Shown here: positions 33,010-45,037 of the stretch, one piece after another | Position numbering within the stretch: the first letter of the stretch is position 1 | Layout: each line of letters begins with the position of its first letter | Origin: Felis catus | Lineage: Eukaryota | Direction: 5' to 3' | NCBI RefSeq assembly: GCF_018350175.1 | Contig: NC_058368.1 | Location: 235,168,001 to 235,232,000 of the forward strand | Length of the DNA: 64,000 nt | Notes under the pieces: generated by a model | What the model saw: only the letters and a program-made list of their open reading frames with translations | What the model was told of the DNA's origin: nothing | Database searches by the model: none | Program-made: the position numbers and the translations under genes

Positions 33010-33496
33010 TATGGGTCAGCCATGGTCCAGTTGAGAGAACAGCAAGAATGACAGTTATCTTAGCAGTGAGAATTGAATGCAGGGAATTGATGATTAGGTT
33101 CTGGGGGCTGTGAAGGCAGACAGTCACCGTGGTGGTGACTGTAGAGTCAGCCAGCACTCCCCAGGGCTGCAGAAACAGAGGGAAGAAGGTGACCTTATTA
33201 GGTCTCTGAGGAAAGGGTAACTGGTACCACAGAACCTTGGAACTCCTTCCAAGGTTCATGGCTTGGATTACGGGAGAAACTGGAAAGTGAGTTCAACTGC
33301 ATGCATGCACGAGTGCAGGTTGCTGGTGAGAATATCAGCACAGACACATAACAAACCCTTCCTCCTCTTCCAGCCCTCCAGTCTGCTTCTTGTCCTCTGG
33401 GCAGAGCCCGAGAGGGAGCACCCGGCACAGAAGAAATGTTTCCAGAGGAAGAAGGTGGTTTTGAAGCCGAGGACAACAGCTCCATCACAGTCCACA
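33010..33496 (-). mobile_element. Ancient ERVL-class solo LTR (subfamily uncertain)
   Basis: GGTCAGCCATGGTCCAGTTGAGAGAACAG...GAGAATTGAATGCAGGGAATTG resembles the antisense 3' end of old ERVL LTRs. Confidence 0.45.
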
Positions 33497-35076
33497 CTTT
33501 GCCTACTTCTTGGCTTCCATACACACCCTTTTTCATACCCCTGAACCTGGATACGCACCACTGACAACTCATGCCTTCTCCCAACAGAACCGAAATAGCC
33601 TCCACTCAAGTGAAGACCCTCTTTCCCAAAAGAGGAAGATACAAAATCCCACAAGTATTTCGTTCTTCTCTGGGTGCCAGCCATGCAGACATCTCTGGGA
33701 AATTAGAATTATTCAAATTCTGCTTGAGTCCCACCTGAATATCCTCTTACCTAAAGACTGAATTGATTAATGATTAATCAACTGATTAATGAACTGATCA
33801 GTTGGAAAATGAATCATTGGTTAATGGTGAGTAAATAAAATAAGAAAAGAAGGAAGGAAGAGAGAAGAAACGAGTTATCGCACACATCTCATCAGAAGGA
33901 CCTAGAAGGAAGACATGGGTCGTGGACGCTGTGTGTGTTTCAGAAGCTTGCCTGCCACTGCAGTGGACACACGTGGTTTCCTTCTTCTCACACCCTGTGT
34001 TCACGGCCAGAGCCACCATCATTCCTGAGGGTCTGTGGCACACTGTGCGGCCCCCCACCTCTGCCGTGGCTTCCCACCAACATTTCCTATGGGAAAAGAA
34101 ATGTTACGGGGTGTCTCAGAGGGTCTCCTGGGCTGCAGACTTCACCTGCCCCACCTCCTGATGTCCCCTGATGGTCATGATCCCCCTCTCCAGATAGTAG
34201 GTGGCTCCAGTTAGGTTCAGGGTCTGAAGACTCCAAATGCCAGCCGTGGCCTCAACTTCCAGAGCCGGGAACATTCGGGGTCTAGGACCCCAAACCAGCA
34301 GAGGAAACGTTGCAGGGGCAGGAGGCAAACACCCTGATTGTGGCTCCCAAAGGCCATAGTGACACAACTCGCTCCCTCGGCCACCCCTTAATTCCCAGGC
34401 CCAGGGTTTTGGCCATGGGTGGGACAGTGCCGTCCGTGTGCCTCTAATTCACATGCCTCTAATTCCAGTCATTTCCGAGCGTGGTGTCCCACACGTCACC
34501 ATAACGGTGTTCCCACGTGACCATCCCGACGTGCTGTGGGCAGGGGATTCTCAAGGAGGGAACGGGTGCTGTGAGCGAATGCCTTCAGCCCACCCTGCTG
34601 CTGTCTCTCTCATGCTATGATGTCAGGTTTGGGGCCGGAGCAGTGCTGTCCTGAAAGCCCCGATGGGGAAGAAAGGCAACCTTTGTCTCCTGTCATCCTC
34701 ATTCCTCCACCAGCCTAAACCTTCACTTGACTGCAACCTTTCTCTGCAGGGTTTCAGTTCATCCAGAATTGCTAAATTGTCCCTCTTCAGGGCCATTTGC
34801 CCTGTAACCCCTGCCTCCTTGGCCCTCCCACCATCATGTTCCGTTAGCCCCGTGGCATGCGGGCCACTGTTAGGGGTCTCTCCTGGCTCCTTCTCTCCTG
34901 ACATTTGTTAGGGACACTACAGATAGAGACTGGGTGCTGACGAAGCCATGGGTATATGAAGAGATGGTCAAGAAAGAGAATACACATCAGAAGAATCTAA
35001 AAATCTCTATTGTTGCCAGTGGAGACCTAAGGTCGAAGTCCGGGCATCTCCATCTACATTTGGATATGAGCTTAAA

Positions 35077-35096
35077 AGAGAGAGAAGGAGAGGGAA

Positions 35097-35150
<54 letters not shown>
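35077..35150. repeat. Polypurine tract with (AG)25
   Basis: Perfect (AG)25 at 35101-35150. Confidence 0.96.
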
Positions 35151-35153
<3 letters not shown>

Positions 35154-38100
35154 AGAATCCTTGGATCCTGATGTCCTCAAAAGGGATAAGAAAGGAAAAA
35201 GAGAATCTTCAATGTTCATAAAATCATGATGAGCAGATTTCACAAATAGCAATAAAAAATGAAAAGTATGACTATTGCAACTTAGGATCTGGCTTGTTGT
35301 AGCTTCTTTTTTTATTTTGACTGAAATCTCAAAGATGCCTTTCCCTCCTGCCGAGCCTGAGTACTCGGGATGGCACCGTAGGACGATGTACGTCAACGGC
35401 AAAGAGTAGCCATCGATCTGACAGACGTCAACACAGTCCCAGCAGAGAGCAGGAGGACGTGTCTCTGAGAAGAGAGAGGGTCGGGAGACAGCACCACTCA
35501 GTCTGTTCGGGCCACGTTCTTTCAGAGAGAGGGTGTCTCGAAGGCGGGCGGGACTCCAGCACTGCCCTAAATGGCGTGTCCTTGTCGAGCACGGAGGCTC
35601 AAGGACAGGCAGCCTCCTTCTCATTAGGAACCACGTGGGACTAATTTAGGAAGGGTAGCTGTGCACGGGGATGAAAGAGACTGCGGGTAAATAGTAGGGG
35701 ACCCTGTGGCGGGAAGAGCTATGGCACTGAAGCTGTGTTATTGAGGGTCCTTCCCCCGCCCCACAATCATTACAGCGACATCAGAACCGGCCTGTACCAA
35801 TTTGGCCTCCGAGCCACATCCCGATGAGCTCCGTGTTCCCTTGTAAGCCTACACCCCAAACGGAGGTCGTGCCTCCAAATTAATGAGTCCTATCGGATTA
35901 ACTGACACAGTTTCCTCAAGCCTGAGATAGGACTGAGTGCCTGTGGGGCGCAGAGAAGCCAGAGGTGGGCCCAGCAGAGAGCTTTGCAAGGCAAGCGGGC
36001 TGTGGTCCTCAACTAAGTGGTTTCCTGTTTTTACAGACGTGAATGAGGGTGCCTCTTTATATGGAATCTGCTTGGGAAATACATATAAAATCCATTATTA
36101 TTTGTTACTAGAGGGAGGCCCAGGAAGATTAATGCATCTGGGCAGGCTAGGAATTGAGCCAAGGTCGCAGCATACCGGTCCCTACACCACAAGCACTCGG
36201 TGCTTGCCTCCTGTCTGCACTGCCCCTGGGCATCTGGCCAGCTCCCATAGATCGCTGCCTCCCGGCTGATCTGTGGGGCCCGGGGACAGGACCTGCTGTC
36301 CTCTCTGCTCCCAAGCACACAGGGTAGGCTGTTCAGTGCTGGCCATCTCTCTCAGGCAGGCCTGGCCAGCCACCCCTTTCATAACAGAGCAGGATAAAGA
36401 GGCCTGAGGTAGCCCAGGGCTCAGGCTACCACAACCGGAAAGACCAGTTGTCAAGATGGTCCCTTTACAGAGCTCGGAGAACCGACTTGGTAGAAGGCTC
36501 TGGCATCCTTGATGGGAGTAAAGACCTACGAGATCACTGTTTCTGATGGCCTGGAAAGTGCCGTTCTCTGGGTTTCTTTTACTCTTCACTTCCAAGACGG
36601 AGTGAAACCCCATTAGGTAATACCCCTAAACCCCAGTGAAAATGTGAGGCATAGAACAGAGCTCTGCTGGAAGATTCCAACTAATGTGAATGGCCTCGCT
36701 GGTTTCTTCCTCTGGCTGCTCCCTGCAAGATTTATTCTGCTTGTCTGGTCTCCCTGGGAGCACAGGCTGGCAGATGCCTGACGGGACCTGAGTTTCAGCT
36801 GCAGTAAAATACATCATCACTGTCCCCGAAACAAAGCGAATCCACACCCCGGCTGCCACCAGTGCCCAGAGCCAAGGGCAGCCAAGGATGCCACATGATC
36901 TCACCCTTGCCCCCTCCTTCTCTTCTTAAGTTTGAATTCACTGGGTGCTTCGGGGCCTCGGGAAGGTCTGGGACGAGGCCTTGGGTCATTTTCATCCGCA
37001 CGCTAAACGAGCATTCCCACGGCACCGGCCCGCAGGGCAACAACCCGTCGCATGAACAGCTCATCGAAGGTGCCCAATGGGATGTGTGACTCAGCCTTGC
37101 GTTTCCTTTCGGAAAGTGTAGACTTCATACGTCCTCCGTGGGCAGTCTCAACTACAGTGTCAGTTAGGAACCCTACACAGACGTGCTCCTGAGCCTGGGA
37201 GAACTGACCACTTAGGTGAATTATAAAAACAAACACACAAACAAACCAGAATACTCGATCTTCATTGCCATCACAAAGACGTATACGCACAAGACCCAGA
37301 ATTAAATTTCCCCGTAATCAGAAGACACAGGACTGGCAGCCTGGACCAAATGTGCAGGAGAAGACCACGGCCCCTGAGTGGGGCTCCCGGGCACAGTTGT
37401 GTATCTGTGTAGGATGGGAGGGGGCTTGTACCCTAACAAAGCAGAGGCCTGCAGCCCCACTGCTGGAGAAAAAGGTCTCCAAAGTTCAACGCTGGGGAGC
37501 CCCGGTGCGTCTGTGTACAAAGCCATGGGCTCTGTGATCATGGCATGCTCTGAAGCTCACGGAGAGATAAACGGAGGATGAAGGAAGTCACAGATTGTCG
37601 GTCCTCGGTGGGCGGAGGCACCCCTGACCTCGGCATCGGCACCATAGGACAGTCCTGACTGAGCTGTGACTCAGCAACGGGGGACGCAGGTGAAGGTCCA
37701 CTCTGGGGAGATGTGAGAGCCAGGGTCAAGCTAGACCAGCCAGAGGGTCAGCTCTGGGGAAACGGCAGAACTGTGGGAGAAACCTGCTCTGCCCTGAGCT
37801 GCCCTCCCCGACCCAGCCCCGCACCCCAGCTTCCCGCCCCGCGTGCACCCTGCTCCGTGGCCCCGGCAAGTGTCCAGAAGATATCAGGGGACAGGATGAC
37901 CCTCCCGTCCCACCGCCGGGATGGGAGCCCCATTCACCAGGCGCGCAGCTGTCCTCCCTGCTGGAGAGCAGGGACTCAGGAAGAATGGGGAGACGGGAGG
38001 AAGGGAGGAAAAGGACGCAGTAAGAGAAGCAGCTGGTAAAGAAGACTCCATGTGGCTCCGCCCTCAGGCCCCAGGCCCCTGCCCAGCACAGCCGCCCCAG

Positions 38101-38621
38101 CTCGCGGGGACAGGCGACGGGGCGCAGGGCACGGGCGGGCCTGGTCATGTCTCCCTGCCTTTACGCTAGATGTTCCGACTGGAAAACTGTCCCGTAGGCT
38201 GGTGGGTAGAGGGCTGTCAGAAGCACAGACGTGCCGTGCAGGGTGGAGTCAGCAGAGGCTGTGTGACGGCCCAGGAACGTTCCTCCGGGCCCCCCACAGG
38301 TCGAGGACGGCTGTCCGGAGGGCAGCGCCTTGCGTCTGTCTGCCTGTCCTTCTCCCTCTTAGGAGGGGATGGCCTCTGCACATCCGTCCCCAGGGCCCCT
38401 AGGCATCAGCACCGGACCACCCCTCCCTCCCTTGCGCTGTCTCAGTCCCGGGGGAGCTGGGACGGGGGGGGGGCAGCCACAGTGGAGACAGCCCCGTGGT
38501 GCCGGAATAGACGCAGACTCAGAGGGACAGAGGAGGAAGAAGGAGCCACAGGGCCCGGGCTCTGCACCTGTACCTCTGGCCAGGCTGCGCCTCACCGCTG
38601 CTCCCGCACACCCGGAAAGAC

Positions 38622-39839
38622 GCTCCCTGCCTCACTCCCTGCCTCCCCCTTACCTCCCCCAGCCTCCCCCCTGCCTGCCCCCTGCCTCCCTCCCTGCTTC
38701 CCCCTTACCTCCCCTTGCCTCCCTCCTGCCTGCCCCCTGCCTCCCTCCCTGCCTCTCCTGTCTGCTCCCTGCCTCCCTCCCTGCCTCCCCCTTACCTCCC
38801 CAGCCTCCCCCCTGCCTCCTTCCCTGCCTCCCCCCTGTATGCTCCCTGCCTCCCTCCCTGCATGTTCCCTGCCTCCCTTCTTGTTTGTCCCCATGTCTCC
38901 TGCCTCCTTCTCTGTCTCCCCACTGCCTCCCTCCCTGCCTCTCCCATCTGCTCCCTACCTCTCTCCCTGCCTCCCCCTTACCTCCCCAGCCTCCCCCCTG
39001 CCTGCCCCCTGCCTCCCTCCCTGCCTCTCCCATCTGCTCCCTGCCTGCCCCTGCTTCCCCCTTACCTCCCCTTGCCTCCCTCCCTGCCTCTCCTGTCTGC
39101 TCCCTGCCTCTCTCCCTGCCTCCCCCTTACCTCCCCAGCCTCCCCCCTTCCTGCCCCCTGCCTCCTTCCCTGCCTCACTGCTGTCTGCTCCCTGACTCCC
39201 TCCCTGTTTGCTCCCTGCCTCCCTCTCTGGCTCCCCACTGCCTGCCCCCTATCTCTCTCCCTGCCTCCCTCCATGCTTGTCTCCTATCTCCTGCCTCCTT
39301 CTCTGCCTCCCCACTGCCTCCCTCCCCTGCCTCCCCACTGCCTTCCCCTGCCTCCCTCCCTGACTGCTCCCTGCTTCCCTCTCTGCCTCCCCACTGCCTT
39401 CTCTCTGCCTCCCTCCCTGCCTCCCCCCTGTATGCTCCCTGCCTCCCTCCCTGCATGCTCCCTGCCTCCCTTCCTGATTGTCCCCATGTCTCCTGCCGCC
39501 TTCTCTGTCTCCCCACTGCCTCCCTCCCTGCCTCCCCATTGCTTCCCCCTGCCTCCCTCTCTGCCTGCTCCCTGCTTCCCTCTCTCCCTCCCCACTGCCT
39601 TCCCCCTGCCTCCCTCTCTGCCTCTCCCCTGCCTGCTCCCTGCCTCCTTCCCTGCCTCCCCCCTGCCTCCTTCCCTGCTTGCTCCCTGCCTTCCTCTCTG
39701 GCTCCCTACTGCCTGCCCCCTACCTCTATCCCTGCCTCCCTCCCTGCTTGCCCTCTGTCTCCTGCCCCCTCCTCCGTCTCCCCACTCCTGCCTCCCTCCC
39801 TGCCTCTCCCCTGCCTGCCCCCTGCCTCCCTCCCTGCCT
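38622..39839. repeat. 1.2 kb C-rich degenerate minisatellite (core CCTGCCTCCC) with higher-order duplications
   Basis: Plus strand is overwhelmingly C/T; recurring CCTGCCTCCC(TC), CCCCCTTACCTCCCC and CCCCACTGCC units. Confidence 0.95.
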
Positions 39840-41713
39840 ACATCGAAGGTGTGGGCAAGGAAATTAGAGCCAGCTCCTAAGAGCAGTGAGGAGGGTGGCA
39901 GCATCGTGGCAGGAGAGCAAGTGGAGAGGCAGAGACGACCGCGGCCATCTCTGGAGAATTCCATCTGCCGCAAGGGTTAAAATGTGAAACAATAGGGAGC
40001 ATCGAATCGACTAGACACAGCCTTTGAACCAAGCTTATCTTTAGAGACAAAGACACGACCTGCACATGCTGTGTATTTCCTCCTTTAGAATAATTCTGAC
40101 ACCTCGTGTGCAGACACATTTACTGTGCCCCCAGCGTCCCCTCGCTGCACGACGCTTCTGACCCCCCTGCCGCTGTCTCTGGGCCGTGGAGCCATTTCGG
40201 GCCAACAGCACAAGGGCAAAGGGACTGTGTCGGTTCCACGCGAAGCGTTCCGAGCGTCAAAACCTCCCGCTCTCCCTCCGGCCGCGGCCACGGAGGTGTA
40301 TTTCCTCCACTTGTGCGGTGCCCACATCAGAGCCTCAGTCAGCACACGCCCCGCAGTCTTTCCACCCACCATCGTGCCGTTTTGCACAGTATCTGTGATG
40401 TGGGCAAGATACAAGTTTTCACCGCATTAAATTAGTATAACCTGAGGGTTTATCTGCCACCGCACGTAGCGTCGTGCCATTGCAAAAATTTTAAAAAGGT
40501 GCAGAAGCAGAGAGCCGCTGAGACGGAACCCTCAAAAGGGCGACCCTGACTCAGTGGCACAGCAGTGTGGGGCCAGGCGCCGATTCCAGAAGGAAAAGGA
40601 TGGAGACCCATCCGCATTATAAAATGGAAAAGTGCTAACGTGTCCTAGTTATTGCTTGGGTCCAGAAAGGTATCACAAGAAAGGTAAATGAGCCCAGAAA
40701 GGAATTAGCTAGTCTGTAAGCACAGATGAAAGAGAATCGTGGGAGTCCAGAATCTGGGGCCCTTGCGACGTTGGGTGACCTAATTACTTCTAGATTCTGA
40801 AGAGCAAAATACGGGGCTTCAAAAAGACTTTGAAAGAGGAAAATCTAACACAGCTTCAAAGTAGCCTCCCTTAGGAATGGGAGTTTATGGGGACGCTACA
40901 GCAAAGAAATACGGCACGTGTGAGATCGGTGCCCTAACCAGGACACCTCCTTGGCCAAACCTTCCTTCCTTCTCTGAACCCTCTTCTCAGCCAGAGCTTG
41001 TCCGCGTGCTGTAGAGACAGCTTAGGGAGAATCGCCCACCCCGATACCTAACCAGTTCCCGTTGGCGGTTTTCCGTCCATGGGCGCTCTTCTGAAAGCCA
41101 TTCGCTTTCAACGCCCAGATGTCCTCACCATGTGTCCAGCTGTGCTCAGTCCCTCCCCTACCGCAGGGCCCGGAATCAGTTCTTCCTTGCCTGTTTAAGT
41201 CTGCCCGGGGCAATCCTTCTTTAACAGCCTAGAACGGAACTGTCTGCTTACAGAAAGCAGACCAGCTGTCCACCAGGCTTTGACAGGAATTATGTCACCC
41301 CGTGAACCCCAACCCTGGCCTCAAGAAGCATGTGAATGTTAGAAACCTGGGGTCCAACACTTTGAAGGCTGGAAGTGGGTTCACCAAGGTGTCCTCCTCT
41401 CCATATATATTCCCCAAAGCCCACGTCTGATTTTCTAGGATTTCAGGGTTAATTTATTACCTGGTGCATGTTAGCATTACCTGAATAAACACGTGTTTAT
41501 TTATATGTGCATACTTATATTTATCTATGTCATTTGAAAACCGTTTGGATACATAAACTTATTGAGAGTTACGTGAGATGTTACCATGCTATCAAATGGC
41601 CTGAGTTAGTGTATGTACGTGTACATGTGTGTATGTGCAGGTGTGTGTTGGGGTGTGGGAGGGAAGTAGGCTATGGATTTAGATTATACTTGGAGCAAGT
41701 TTCCCTTAAACTT

Positions 41714-41926
41714 GGGGCACCTGGGGGGCTCAGCCAGTTAAGTGTCCGACTCTTGATTTCAGCTCAGGTCACGATGTCACGGTTTGTGAGTTCAAACCCT
41801 GCGTCGGGCTCTGTGTTGACAGCGTAGAGCCTGCTTGAGATTCTCTCTCTCCCTCTCTCTCTCTTCCCTTCCTCTGTGAGCTCTCTCTCTCTCTAAAATA
41901 AACAAATAAATAAGCATTTAAAAAAA
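41714..41926 (+). mobile_element. Can-SINE (older subfamily)
   Basis: Head, CTCTTGATTTCAGCTCAGGTC, (CT)n, A-tail. Confidence 0.94.
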
Positions 41927-42124
41927 GAATCTGATACACTACACTCAGTGCTCTTCAAGTATGATGATCACAAAATCATCGGTGGACATAAAGTAATGAA
42001 AAAGAATAATTAAAACTTGCATCACTTTAGTGTGTCACTTGATCTCTGGAGTGCATCTGCCCATTCGTCTTGCCTCCACCCGCAAAGTGTTTGGCACACA
42101 TCCTTCCCAAGGGGGCGCTCTCCT

Positions 42125-42145
42125 CCCCCCCCCCCCCCCCCCCCC
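42125..42145. repeat. C21 homopolymer
   Basis: Read directly. Confidence 0.95.
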
Positions 42146-42199
42146 GTCAGCCCAGAGCCGCCATGCTTCCCTCCTGTGTCTTCCCTTCTCGTGCCTCTG

Positions 42200-42375
42200 G
42201 TTCACTCAACAAATGTGCATTAGCGCCCTCCACGTGTCAGGCACAGGGACCCGACGGGGAATCAAATCCATCGCTATCACTGCGCTGCCGAGGCGGGGCA
42301 TGAATACAGACGGACATGAATCAAATGCTCTCATGAAGGTCTCAAGTCATTGGTGTCACGTGCTCCTACGATGAG
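42200..42375 (-). mobile_element. L2 3' end remnant
   Basis: TTCACTCAACAAATGTGCATTAGCGCCCTCCACGTGTCAGGCAC. Confidence 0.7.
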
Positions 42376-42422
42376 GCAGATGAGGTCAGCAGGTGTCAGA
42401 TCTGCGAAGTGGGAATATGGGG

Positions 42423-42866
42423 TAGACGTGACCATATGTCCCAGCCGGGAGGGAAGGTCCTGATTCTTGCCTTCCCATCTGATTCAGTATCTGTCTCAAA
42501 TTTTTCAGATCTTAGCGAAGCATCGTTATTGCTGCTTGTACCAAAATAAAGTCACCTGGGTTCAGTGGAGCTCTTTTACACGTCTCAGCTACAAGCACGA
42601 TCCAGTCTAACAGCACGTGAGAGTTGTGTGACCTTCCTTTCAAGGGCAGCATCCAGGGCACCTGCTGATACAAATGCTTAGACGCTACCAGCTGTAGGCA
42701 GCCAAGTCCCTCCTCTCTCAAGTCACAACGGGAGCATTTTTTCAACCTGCTTCTCCTGCCATCTGTTGATTCACCAGCCAGTTTTGTCACACGCTTGCTG
42801 AAGCCTGTAAGATGCATCCTGTCACCACCAACAAGGTTGGGGTAAATGTGGGAAATCACAGCCTAG
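42423..42866. mobile_element. Possible hAT-Blackjack-type DNA transposon remnant
   Basis: Left end TAGACGTGACCATATGTCCC resembles the TAGGGTGACCA terminus of MER81/MER94-type elements; the right end is weak. Confidence 0.35.
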
Positions 42867-42899
42867 GGGTTCAGGAAACGGAGGCAGAATCGTACGCCC

Positions 42900-43500
42900 C
42901 AGAGCGACATCGTGCTCTTGCCGCTGTGGCTTCCTAATATGTTATCAAAATCTACAATTGCCTGTTTATGTCATTTGACCTTTTCTCATTAAACATGTTT
43001 ATCAGCAGTGACCCAACAACTGAAAGTGTGTGTTGGTGAGAAATCACTCCTTTTTTCAGGACTGTTGCTGATAAATTTGTAACCCTGCATGACTTATCAG
43101 CCAGTATTTGCCACATGCCCTGCTTAGGAAGGACGTGGTGACATCACAGCCCACATAAACATCAAAGACACAAACCCACAGGGAACTATCCGTGATTTTA
43201 ACAAGGTGACTTTGGAAGGTGCCAATTTCACCTAACCAGCTGCAGAAGGTGAAGTCACGTTTCACTCTGACTCGCTGAACTTTAAATCAAATGGCTGTTT
43301 TCTGAATTAATTGTGTCCATTTTCAACTCCAAGTTTTCTTGTGCGTGGACAGAAAGTGAAGAAACATCTATTAATAGGTTGGTTCCATAACAGAAAACCT
43401 TCGTAAACAGTTAAATGACAGATTAGTGTCAGTGTCATCAGATGCTCCAAATAGAAATCCAGATAATTACGATAATTGTTAAATATTTTATGCAATTCCT
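42900..43500. promoter_or_regulatory. Candidate enhancer with GATA-site cluster
   Basis: WGATAA sites at 42942, 42999, 43069, 43094 and 43461 in repeat-free sequence. Confidence 0.35.
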
Positions 43501-44527
43501 GGAATCAGAGAAAAGCTTTCAGAAGTTCGTCTTGATGGAAGTGAAACATTATCGTTAACGTTCTTGTATATTCAACACTGAGCACAGAATTATTTGCTTT
43601 GTGTAGTGTAGTGATGTGAACATAAATTTTGATGGAGCAAAATATTATGGCAAAAGCAAAGTTCTTACTGGAATAAAATTCTATGAACCAGAATTTCTCT
43701 TCAAATTGATTATGGTGCATCCATAATTCATAACTGCATTCAAACCAGCTGAGAGATTCCACTAGTCAAAATAGGAGCTTCATTATTCGATGTACACGTT
43801 TTTAACATAGGCACAGAGTCACTAAACCATGTATGTTTTGTTTAAGGATGATGATAAATGTAAAAACATGTGCGACACATAGTACTGAACAAGCCCACAT
43901 TCAGGGAAATATAAAAAATGTTGGCCTCTACATTATGCCATACTAAAATGTTAATTCAAGATCCTCGTGGATCGGAATATATAGCTAACACCATAAAGCT
44001 TCTAGCACAAAATGTAAGCTTTTATCTTCATAGTAACTTATGGACATAAAACACTAGCCAGAAAAGGGAAAAACTGTAAGTTGGGCTTTATCAATTCTAT
44101 ACACTCGTGCTGGTCAGAAGACACACAAAAGGCAAGACACAGGCAGGTGGAAATATCCATAATGAATATATGTGACAAAAGACAGTATCCACAGTGGAAC
44201 TTTTAAAACTCTAACCAATCAATAGTAAAAACAAACAACTCAATCTTAAAAGGAGACAAAAGATTTGAACCCACTACTCACCACAGAAAAATCTGCCGGG
44301 CTGTAAAATCGTGAAAGAGAACACCCCATCCTTACTTAGCAGGGATAGGCCTGTTCAAATCATGTTCAAATCGTGCCCTGGTCACCCACCAGAATGTCGG
44401 TAGTTAAAATGACCGACAATAGCAGGTGTTCTGGCGAATTCAGAGAAACCCGCTCTCTCCTACATTACAAACCAAGGGCACTTTGAAAGATAAATTGGCA
44501 GTTTCTCATATAAGTTAAACACAATTT

Positions 44528-44745
44528 GGGGGCGCCTGGGTGGCTCGGTTGGTTAAGATCCGACTTCCGCTCAGGTCATGATCTCAAGGTCTGTGGGTTC
44601 GAGCCCCGTGTTGGGCTCTGCACTGACAGCTCAGAGCCTGGAGCCTGCTTCGGATTCTGTGTCTCCCTCTCTCTCGTCTCCCTGCCCCCTCACCTTGCAC
44701 TCTTTCTCACTCTCAAAAGTAAATAAACATTAAAAAACATTTTTT
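44528..44745 (+). mobile_element. Can-SINE (SINEC_Fc2-like)
   Basis: Full body; diverged TSD TAAACACA. Confidence 0.95.
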
Positions 44746-45037
44746 TAAACACATATTTTGACCATGCAATTCTGCGATCCCACCCCAAAGCATGCATATA
44801 AGGGGAATGAATGAATGTGGCCAGAAATGACTCACAGTTGTATTCCTATCAGCCACCCAATGGAAACCACCCAACAGGCACCACAGGAGACTGGAGGAAA
44901 CGTTATGCTAAGACAAAGAAGCCAGACGAAAAGAAGGCTCACTATGACTTAGGATCCCATTTATGTGAAGTTGGATAGCAGGCAAGCTAACTCACAGTGA
45001 CAGAGAGCAGAGCTGTGGTGGTCTCTGGGGACTGGAC

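Noticed and set aside
35077..35165. (AG)n followed by CAGAATCC as a SINE inside the SINE-free interval
   Set aside because: No SINE body, head or tail follows; treated as a plain microsatellite.
35007..35624. 205 aa minus-strand ORF
   Set aside because: It runs through a (CT)n microsatellite (SLSLSL) and shows no recognisable protein.
38170..39980. Overlapping long ORFs (341, 503 and 421 aa on +; up to 229 aa on -), Pro/Leu/Ser/Cys- or Gly/Arg-rich
   Set aside because: All three plus frames stay open because the C/T-rich repeat rarely forms stop codons; there is no domain or codon structure, so this is a minisatellite artefact.
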